Shown: one piece after another, positions 49,822 through 55,878 of the stretch
Layout of the letters: every line of letters begins with the position of its first letter
Position numbering within the stretch: position 1 is the stretch's first letter
Position numbers and translations under genes: made by a program
The notes under the pieces: generated by a model
What the model saw: the letters and a program-made list of their open reading frames with translations, nothing else
Database searches by the model: none
Told to the model about the DNA's origin: nothing
Sequence record: PV231354.1
Strand: one strand, 5' to 3'
DNA length: 64,000 bases

Positions 49822-49897
49822 CGGGGTGTAGCTCAGTCGGTAGAGCGCTCGGTTCGGGACCGAGAGGCCGTGGGTTCGAGTCCCGCCACCCAGACCA
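49822..49897 (+). tRNA. tRNA-Pro(CGG)
   Basis: Loop TT-CGG-GA; CCA end. Confidence 0.9.
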
Positions 49898-49904
49898 ACG
49901 CCAT

Positions 49905-49981
49905 CGGGATGTAGCTCAGTTTGGGAGAGCGCGCGGCTGGGGGCCGCGAGGCCGCAGGTTCAAGTCCTGCCACCCCGACCA
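49905..49981 (+). tRNA. tRNA-Pro(GGG)
   Basis: Loop CT-GGG-GG; CCA end. Confidence 0.9.
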
Positions 49982-49986
49982 ACAAC

Positions 49987-50059
49987 GCTGTTGCGCGTGG
50001 CTTCGCGCCCACCCCTTGGTATGGGGCGGTAGAAGGTTCAATTCCTTCCAGCAGCACCA
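49987..50059 (+). tRNA. tRNA-Thr(GGT)
   Basis: Loop TT-GGT-AT; G1:C72, C2:G71; atypical D arm. Confidence 0.8.
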
Positions 50060-50064
50060 ACAAC

Positions 50065-50134
50065 GCCGATGCCTCTGGGAGGACGCGCCTTTCGTAAGGG
50101 TGCGAGGTGGGTTCAATCCCCACTTTCGGCTCCA
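50065..50134 (+). tRNA. tRNA-Thr(CGT), short D arm
   Basis: Loop TT-CGT-AA; CCTC-TGG-GAGG D hairpin. Confidence 0.8.
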
Positions 50135-50189
50135 TCAAACAGCCTGCGGGCTATATCGGAGATCAAGTTTCATAGCCTCCAGGCTATAT

Positions 50190-50276
50190 GGATGTGTCAC
50201 CTCAGTGGCGAGAGGAACGGGCTCTTAATCCGTCAGCGCAAGCTCACCGTGGGTTCGAGTCCCACCACATCCTCCA
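50190..50276 (+). tRNA. tRNA-Lys(CTT) with long variable arm
   Basis: Loop CT-CTT-AA; AGC-GCAA-GCT extra arm. Confidence 0.85.
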
Positions 50277-50281
50277 ACAAT

Positions 50282-50371
50282 GCACAAGTGACCCGAGCGG
50301 CGAAGGGCGTCGACTTTTAATCGACTAGGCGTCCAGCCTCACCGAGGGTTCGAGTCCCTCCTTGTGCTCCA
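50282..50371 (+). tRNA. tRNA-Lys(TTT) with long variable arm
   Basis: Loop CT-TTT-AA; AGGC-GTCCA-GCCT extra arm. Confidence 0.85.
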
Positions 50372-50374
50372 TGT

Positions 50375-50461
50375 GCGAATGTGGCGGAACTGGTAGACGC
50401 GCCGGCCTCAGGTGCCGGTGCCCTTCGGGGCGTGTGGGTTCGAGTCCCACCTTTCGTACCA
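50375..50461 (+). tRNA. tRNA-Leu(CAG)
   Basis: Class II; loop CT-CAG-GT. Confidence 0.9.
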
Positions 50462-50468
50462 ACGACAT

Positions 50469-50556
50469 GCCTTGCTGGCGGAAGTGGTAGACGCACTGTT
50501 CTCAAAAAGCAGGCCGGGCGACCGGGCTCTGGGTTCGATCCCCAGGTGAGGCACCA
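50469..50556 (+). tRNA. tRNA-Leu(CAA)
   Basis: Class II; loop CT-CAA-AA. Confidence 0.9.
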
Positions 50557-50563
50557 AGACTGA

Positions 50564-50651
50564 TGCGAAGTGGCGGAAACTGGTAGACGCACCGGCATGA
50601 GAGGCCGGCGCCCTTCGGGGCGTGAGGGTTCGAGTCCCTTCTTCGCGACCA
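50564..50651 (+). tRNA. tRNA-Leu(GAG)
   Basis: Class II; loop AT-GAG-AG. Confidence 0.9.
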
Positions 50652-50731
50652 ATGTCCCGATCGGGAAGATTCCAGGCGGCGCGGCGCTCGCGACACCCGG
50701 ATTTTCCCGATCGGGAAGACGACGAGATTAT

Positions 50732-50802
50732 GCTGATCGCCGCTGGGCGGGGAGCGGGTTGTGTCCCCGCTAGGCACGGTTCGATCCCGTGGGTCAGTAC
50801 CA
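50732..50802 (+). tRNA. tRNA-His(GTG), short D arm, A73, no G-1
   Basis: Loop TT-GTG-TC; A73 without G-1 matches the known alphaproteobacterial tRNA-His type. Confidence 0.8.
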
Positions 50803-50807
50803 GATAC

Positions 50808-50878
50808 GGGGTATGCGCAGGGCGCAGGCATCCTTTGCAAGGAAGTCGGGGTGGGTTCGAGTCCCACATACTCCACCA
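50808..50878 (+). tRNA. tRNA-Ala(TGC)
   Basis: G3:U70 pair, A73; loop TT-TGC-AA. Confidence 0.85.
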
Positions 50879-50882
50879 ACAT

Positions 50883-50972
50883 GGAAGGTCAACCGGACAG
50901 GCGCGCCGGGACTGCCTCGAAAGCAGATCGCACTCTCCGGGGTGTGGGGATCGAGACCTCGGCCTTCCTCCA
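50883..50972 (+). tRNA. tRNA-Ser(CGA)
   Basis: Class II; loop CT-CGA-AA. Confidence 0.85.
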
Positions 50973-50976
50973 ATAT

Positions 50977-51066
50977 GGTGAGCGAACGGGACAGGCGTGC
51001 CCGGTCCGCCTGGAAAGCGCGACGCACTCTCCGGGGTGTGGGATTCGAGTTCTCCGCTCACCGCCA
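50977..51066 (+). tRNA. tRNA-Ser(GGA)
   Basis: Class II; loop CT-GGA-AA; G73. Confidence 0.9.
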
Positions 51067-51070
51067 ACAG

Positions 51071-51160
51071 GGTAGGCGAACCGGACAGGCGCGCCGGCGC
51101 CGTTTGCTAAACGAGCGGCACTCTCCGGGGTGTGGGATTCAAGCTCTCCGCCTACCGCCA
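51071..51160 (+). tRNA. tRNA-Ser(GCT)
   Basis: Class II; loop TT-GCT-AA; G73. Confidence 0.9.
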
Positions 51161-51436
51161 TTTTGATGTTGACGCCGGCCAGCACCGATGTCATACGTCA
51201 CGACAGAGCCAACGCCCTCGGCCGGGTTGGTGGATGTGCCGGTTGCATCGCGCCCCGTCGAGCCCTAGTAGCTCTTGCCGTGGAGTTTTCCGCCTCCCTC
51301 CCAGACAAGGAGGCGGACCCCTACATCGCGATCCAGTGATCGTCGGCGACGGGCGCCGTCAGAGCCCCTTGCGCGCGGGAACGCTGCGGAGGGGATCGTC
51401 CCGACCACATTTTTCGACCCACGTTAACTTTTCTTC

Positions 51437-51465
51437 TTGACCTTCCCGAAAACGTAGTGTAGCTT
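51437..51465 (+). promoter_or_regulatory. Promoter P3 (Tyr/Phe/Val/Ile/Gln/Asn/Arg tRNA operon)
   Basis: TTGACC-17-TAGCTT; ATG 8 nt downstream, so a probably leaderless mRNA. Confidence 0.75.
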
Positions 51466-51472
51466 TCCCGTC

Positions 51473-51568
51473 ATGAGCAAGTCGTACCGTCAATTCGTGC
51501 AGATTCAGGTCGTCCGGAATTTCCGGGCGGGCCGTTCGCGCATGGATGATGGCGGGACCTTTATCTAG
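51473..51568 (+). CDS. Attenuator leader peptide 3 (MSKSYRQFVQIQVVRNFRAGRSRMDDGGTFI)
   Basis: Codons 5-18 (TAC CGT CAA TTC GTG CAG ATT CAG GTC GTC CGG AAT TTC CGG) are all read by downstream tRNAs. Confidence 0.85.
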   Translation: MSKSYRQFVQIQVVRNFRAGRSRMDDGGTFI

Positions 51569-51634
51569 GTCCAGACACCTCAACCCAATTCGCGAAAGGC
51601 CCGCCTGGACACCCAGGCGGGCCTTTTTCTTTTT
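51512..51634 (+). terminator. Attenuator 3: 1:2 hairpin, antiterminator and intrinsic terminator
   Basis: Terminator AAAGGCCCGCCTGG-ACAC-CCAGGCGGGCCTTT + TTCTTTTT (51595-51634); leader segment 51523-51540 pairs with 51591-51608. Confidence 0.9.
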
Positions 51635-51691
51635 CCGTTTCGCTGATCCGCAGGAGATCGCAGATGAACAACGGGGGCTAGTCCTCCACAT

Positions 51692-51776
51692 GGATGCTTA
51701 AAGCTGGAGGGCTCCAGCCGGGGGCTGTAAACCCCCTCTCTTCGGAGGAGTGGTTCGATCCCACAAGCATCCACCA
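51692..51776 (+). tRNA. tRNA-Tyr(GTA), atypical D arm
   Basis: Loop CT-GTA-AA; class II arm; GCTGGAG/CTCCAGC extended D stem. Confidence 0.85.
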
Positions 51777-51781
51777 ATCAT

Positions 51782-51857
51782 GGACTCGTAGCTCAGCAGG
51801 TAGAGCGCCGGCTTGAAACCCCGGAGGTCGGAGGTTCGATTCCTCCCGTTTCCACCA
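51782..51857 (+). tRNA. tRNA-Phe(GAA)
   Basis: Loop TT-GAA-AC. Confidence 0.9.
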
Positions 51858-51862
51858 ACAAC

Positions 51863-51938
51863 GCCCGATGAGCCAGATGGGAAGGCACCGCTTTGACATG
51901 GCGGCATTGAGAAGGTTCGATTCCTTCATCAGGCACCA
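51863..51938 (+). tRNA. tRNA-Val(GAC)
   Basis: Loop TT-GAC-AT. Confidence 0.9.
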
Positions 51939-51943
51939 ACCAC

Positions 51944-52019
51944 GCAAGTGTAGCTCAGTTGGTAGAGCAGCGGACCGATAATCCGCCCGTCCCTGGTTCG
52001 AGTCCAGGCATTTGCACCA
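51944..52019 (+). tRNA. tRNA-Ile(GAT), C33
   Basis: Loop CC-GAT-AA. Confidence 0.85.
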
Positions 52020-52026
52020 TTTCTGA

Positions 52027-52102
52027 TGTGGCATAGCTCAGGGGTCAGAGCGCGCGCTTGATAAGCGTGAGGTCGGTGGTTCGAGACCACCTGTCACTAC
52101 CA
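52027..52102 (+). tRNA. tRNA-Ile(GAT)
   Basis: Loop TT-GAT-AA. Confidence 0.9.
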
Positions 52103-52136
52103 ATTCCCAGGCCCGGTGGAGATGCGCCGGTTCTGT

Positions 52137-52210
52137 AGGCGATTAGCTCAATGGTAGAGCAGGGGTGCCACATACCTCGGTCGTAGGTTCGATTCCTACA
52201 TCGCCCACCA
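52137..52210 (+). tRNA. tRNA-Val(CAC), G32/C33
   Basis: Loop GC-CAC-AT; A73. Confidence 0.8.
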
Positions 52211-52216
52211 ACATGT

Positions 52217-52290
52217 TGAGGGTTCGTCTAACGGTAGGACGCCTGGGTCTGGTCCAGGTAATCTAGGTTCGAGTCCTAGCCCCTCATCCA
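52217..52290 (+). tRNA. tRNA-Gln(CTG)
   Basis: Loop GT-CTG-GT. Confidence 0.9.
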
Positions 52291-52296
52291 AGTTGT

Positions 52297-52370
52297 TCTC
52301 GGGTCGTCTAATGGTAAGACATCTGGTTTTGGTCCAGAGGATTGGGGTTCGATTCCTTGGCCGAGAGCCA
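52297..52370 (+). tRNA. tRNA-Gln(TTG)
   Basis: Loop TT-TTG-GT; G73. Confidence 0.9.
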
Positions 52371-52387
52371 ACTGCTTTAGAGTTCAT

Positions 52388-52462
52388 TCCAGTCAATGCA
52401 CAAGGTGTGCAGCGGCACTGTTAATGCCTGTGAGCCCGGTTCGATTCCGGGGTCTGGAGCCA
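52388..52462 (+). tRNA. tRNA-Asn(GTT)
   Basis: Loop CT-GTT-AA; G73. Confidence 0.9.
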
Positions 52463-52487
52463 ACACGCCGGCCAAGGCCGGTCATGC

Positions 52488-52570
52488 GCCCTGGTAACCG
52501 AGGGGGATTACGAATCCCTTAGTCGTAGCAGGAGTTGAAAAGGGTGGTTCGAATCCACTCCAGGGTGCCA
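52488..52570 (+). tRNA. tRNA-Arg(ACG)-like RNA lacking a D arm
   Basis: Acceptor GCCCTGG/CCAGGGT, 7-nt link, loop TT-ACG-AA, long variable region, normal T arm and CCA. Confidence 0.65.
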
Positions 52571-52577
52571 AATCTAT

Positions 52578-52660
52578 AGCGCGCAGGCCGATCAGGATCA
52601 TCGTCAGGCGTCGCCCTCCGAAGGCGAAGAGGCCCGGTTCGAGTCCGGGGCGCGCTGCCA
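52578..52660 (+). tRNA. tRNA-Arg(CCG), enlarged D region
   Basis: Loop CT-CCG-AA; G73. Confidence 0.8.
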
Positions 52661-52663
52661 ACT

Positions 52664-52741
52664 GCGCGGGTAGCTCAACGGAACCAGAGCAGCCGTCTTC
52701 TACACGGTGGGTTGGGGGTTCGAGTCCCTCCCCGTGCGCCA
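52664..52741 (+). tRNA. tRNA-Arg(TCT)
   Basis: Loop CT-TCT-AC; G73. Confidence 0.9.
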
Positions 52742-53332
52742 AAACTTGACGGGCAATGCCGAATCGCCCAACTTCGACCCTGGCTCTCGGTGGGCCACGA
52801 TTGCACGCCGTCGGTGCCCTGGCCGTACACCCAGGGAGCAGCCCGGCGGCGTTCCAACACGGTTTCTGGACGATCTTCGAACGCGGCTTGCCGTGGAGGG
52901 GTGCTGGATAGGGCCGAGGTAGGAGGAACCATCGAGCATCTCCTAATCCCGGCCTGGGCCTCCTGGGGGCTCCGCTGGGTCGATCAGGGCCTGACCCGAC
53001 CCCGGAGATGCGCCGACCTAGATCACCCAGGATCGCTGGGTCGGTTGAAAGGGTCTGAAATTTTCTGGCTCCTATGTGTTGACACGCATTTCGGAGCCGG
53101 CTACAACCCTCCTCGTAGAGCGGCGCTGGGGCCTGAAGGCCCCAATCGTTGAGCCTCTGCGTTGTCGTCAGAAACGGCCCGCCGGCATCCCGCCGCGCGG
53201 GCCGTTTCGTCATGGGCGTCATGCGACCTTGAGTCCACCGTGGGTAGTGTCGTGAATCTTGACTTTCGACCACCTTTCCGGTAGCTTCCCCTTCATCACC
53301 AACGCTCATAAGTCGGGGACTAGAGAGCCGAT

Positions 53333-53731
53333 ATGTCGCAAGACCACACCGGCTCCGCAACGCAGAGCCAAGAACACATCTTTCGTAAGCTGGATGAGCT
53401 TGGCGCAATGCACATGCGTACCCGCGAGGACATGGCCGAAGTCAAGGAGAAGGTGAAGACCATCGCCTCCTCTCAGGAGCGCTTTGAGCGCGACGTTTGG
53501 CGCGAGATGGACATTCGCCACGCCGAGACCAAGGAGCAACTGGCCGCCATCAAGAATCAAACCGCCGATCGGATCGACGAGATCGAGGCCAAGGTGAACA
53601 CCATTCGCGAGGAGCGGATCGCCGAAAAAGCCCAGTGGCGTGGCCCCGAGAAGGTCATTGCCGGCATCGTCGCCCTGGCGGGCGGCGTCACCGCGATCGG
53701 CGTTCTCTGGAGCATCTTCAAACCCCACTAA
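53333..53731 (+). CDS. Coiled-coil protein with C-terminal TM helix (possibly holin-like)
   Basis: Amphipathic helices, then VIAGIVALAGGVTAIGVLWSIF. Confidence 0.6.
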   Translation: MSQDHTGSATQSQEHIFRKLDELGAMHMRTREDMAEVKEKVKTIASSQERFERDVWREMDIRHAETKEQLAAIKNQTADRIDEIEAKVNTIREERIAEKAQWRGPEKVIAGIVALAGGVTAIGVLWSIFKPH

Positions 53732-53836
53732 GCCTACAGTCAAGCTTGTTCGCCTGCGGCCAGAAGTCGCGGTTCTTGACACCCCCCAGCGGCCCGAGCT
53801 AACCATAGGGTCATCTGTTCCTGGGGAGTTTCCTAG

Positions 53837-54058
53837 ATGGCTGCTGCGCTTACCCTCGTCTCCTGCGAGACGAACTTTTCGACCACCACGGACACCGATC
53901 CGGACGCGGCGCACGAGCGCCTCATTCTGGTCCTCAACACCGCCTCAGAAGCGGGCCTTGGTGAAATGACGTTGGAAGTCAAAGAAGAGATCGAGGCCCT
54001 GCTCAAGCAGGCGTCTATCGAACTCTCGAACTGCCGGATCGTGGGGGGAGTTCCTTAA
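53837..54058 (+). CDS. Hypothetical protein
   Basis: GGAG SD; promoter at 53766. Confidence 0.6.
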   Translation: MAAALTLVSCETNFSTTTDTDPDAAHERLILVLNTASEAGLGEMTLEVKEEIEALLKQASIELSNCRIVGGVP

Positions 54059-54080
54059 TCGCCATCCCAGAGGGAGCGAC

Positions 54081-54947
54081 GTGTCCGAGTCTTCCGAATT
54101 CAACCCGCTCGACCAATCCCAGTTCCCTCCTCGCCTCACCAAGGCTGCTGCGCGTCAGGCGCGGCGCCAGGAGCGCAGCCAGAAAAAGGACCCCACGGCG
54201 AACAAGCCCAACTACAAGGCGCTCGAAGCCAAGACTGAACGCCAGAAGCGCTACATCCAGGCGCTGAAGGCCGGCGAGAGCGCCATCGCCATCGGCGGGG
54301 CCGGCACGGGGAAGACCTACATCCCGTCCCGGCTCTTCGCCAAGAAGCTGATCGAAGGCAAGACCGAACGCCTGATCATCGCCCGCGTCACCGCCTCGCG
54401 GGCCAAGCACGCCCTGGGCTTCCTGCCCGGCAAGCTCGAAGCCAAGCTGGCCCCGTGGCTGGTGCCGGTGATCGAGGGCGTCAAGGCGGAAATGAACGCC
54501 CAGACCTATACGCAGTTGCAGGAGGCCGGCAAGATCGAGTTCGCCTCCTTCGAGCACATGCGCGGCCGGACCTTCGGCGAGTGCTGCGTCCTGCTGGACG
54601 AGGCCCAGAACGCCGACTACAAGGACCTGAAGATGGTCCTGACCCGTTGGGGTGAGAACGCCCAGTACGCGGTCACCGGCGACGTCGACCAGATCGACGT
54701 GGACGACTCCGGGCTGGACACGGTCATCGACATCGTCGAGGCCAACGACATCCCCATCCACGTCATCGAGTTCACCGACGAAGACGTCGTGCGCTCGCCC
54801 ATGGCCAAGGCCTGGGTCAAGGCCTTCTCCGCCCACGAGGGCAAGGACGGCCGGCCCCGGCGCTTCCACCGCCCGGCTGTCAGGAATCTTGACGCTTTGC
54901 CGGCGTTCATCGATAATGGCCATGTCACGAAACCCGTGGCATCGTGA
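54081..54947 (+). CDS. phoH: PhoH-like ATPase
   Basis: GGAGTGKT Walker A; LGFLPG; FEHMRGRTF; LLDEAQN; TGDVDQID; DVVRSP. Confidence 0.95.
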   Translation: MSESSEFNPLDQSQFPPRLTKAAARQARRQERSQKKDPTANKPNYKALEAKTERQKRYIQALKAGESAIAIGGAGTGKTYIPSRLFAKKLIEGKTERLIIARVTASRAKHALGFLPGKLEAKLAPWLVPVIEGVKAEMNAQTYTQLQEAGKIEFASFEHMRGRTFGECCVLLDEAQNADYKDLKMVLTRWGENAQYAVTGDVDQIDVDDSGLDTVIDIVEANDIPIHVIEFTDEDVVRSPMAKAWVKAFSAHEGKDGRPRRFHRPAVRNLDALPAFIDNGHVTKPVAS

Positions 54948-54964
54948 CAAAGACGTAGAGCACC

Positions 54965-55486
54965 ATGGCCTTCACCTTCGTTGTTGAGACCGGCGCCGGC
55001 GACCCGGCCGCGAACTCGTACTGCGACGTGCAGTTCGCGGACGACTACATCTACGCCAACGTCTACTCGAACACCGCCTGGGCCGCCTTGGAGGACGAGG
55101 ACAAGGAACGCTTCCTGGTCCGCGCCTCCAAGTACCTGGACCGGACGGTGCAATGGGCGGGGGAGAAGATCGAGGAGGACTCCGGCCTGCGCTGGCCGCG
55201 CGCCGGGGTCTATGACGTCGACGGCTTCCTGATCCCCAGCGACGCCATCCCGCAGCAGTTGATGGAGGCCACCGCCGAAATGGCGGCGGCGCTCCTCAAC
55301 AACGACTGGACCTCGCCGCAGACCACGCGCGGCATGAAGGAAATCCAGGTCGACGTCATCGAACTGAAGTTCGACACCGAGGTCCAGCGCGGCTCGATGC
55401 CGGACATCGTCATGCAAATCCTGGAGGGCCTGGGCGTGGTCAAGACCGGCCAGCGCCCGGCCTTCAAGAAGATCATCCGGCACTAA
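54965..55486 (+). CDS. Head-tail connector/adaptor (DnaT-like ssDNA-binding family)
   Basis: ANSYCDV..AD.Y...LVRASKYLD...GLRWPR...IP.QL.EATAEMA. Confidence 0.8.
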   Translation: MAFTFVVETGAGDPAANSYCDVQFADDYIYANVYSNTAWAALEDEDKERFLVRASKYLDRTVQWAGEKIEEDSGLRWPRAGVYDVDGFLIPSDAIPQQLMEATAEMAAALLNNDWTSPQTTRGMKEIQVDVIELKFDTEVQRGSMPDIVMQILEGLGVVKTGQRPAFKKIIRH

Positions 55487-55878
55487 TGGCGCTCGAAGCG
55501 TTCATCCAGTCGCAGGTCCTGGTTGCCTTCAACCAGCTTGACGACCTCTGCAAGCGCTGGACCTATGTCCAGCGTTCGGGGACTGGCGTGCGCGACGTCG
55601 AGAGCGGCAAGACCGTCTACCCCACGACCGAGATCGACATCCCCAAGGCCGTGCGGGTGCGCTTCAAGAAGGACGAGAAGGACAAGACCGGGCAGGTCCT
55701 GGTCGGCGAGAAGCTCCTCTTCCCGCGCGTCTACCTGCCCAAGGGCTTCGAGACCAAGACGTCCGACTACCTCATCGACGAGGCGGACGTGATCTGGGAG
55801 ATCATGAGCGACCTGTCGGACCCGGCCAAGGCCGTGGCGATCCTCCAGGTGCGCACCTCCCGGATCGTGACGCCGTGA
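55486..55878 (+). CDS. Head closure/neck protein
   Basis: Position; G..D..SGKTVYP motif. Confidence 0.7.
   Translation: MALEAFIQSQVLVAFNQLDDLCKRWTYVQRSGTGVRDVESGKTVYPTTEIDIPKAVRVRFKKDEKDKTGQVLVGEKLLFPRVYLPKGFETKTSDYLIDEADVIWEIMSDLSDPAKAVAILQVRTSRIVTP

Noticed and set aside
49987-50059. Reading as tRNA-Pro(TGG)
   Set aside because: The 7-nt loop register gives GGT, and G1:C72/C2:G71 fits Thr rather than Pro.
50141-50186. tRNA-Met(CAT) in the TTTCATAG hairpin
   Set aside because: There is no T arm or CCA; it is only a stem-loop spacer.
50808-50878. Reading as tRNA-Cys(GCA)
   Set aside because: G3:U70, A73 and the loop register indicate Ala(TGC).
48291-52741. Suppressor tRNAs or stop-codon reassignment
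   Set aside because: There are no CTA, TTA or TCA anticodons, and genes end normally at TAA, TAG and TGA.
48297-53456. Many track ORFs overlapping the tRNA array
   Set aside because: They overlap clear tRNA cloverleaves on either strand and lack coding bias.
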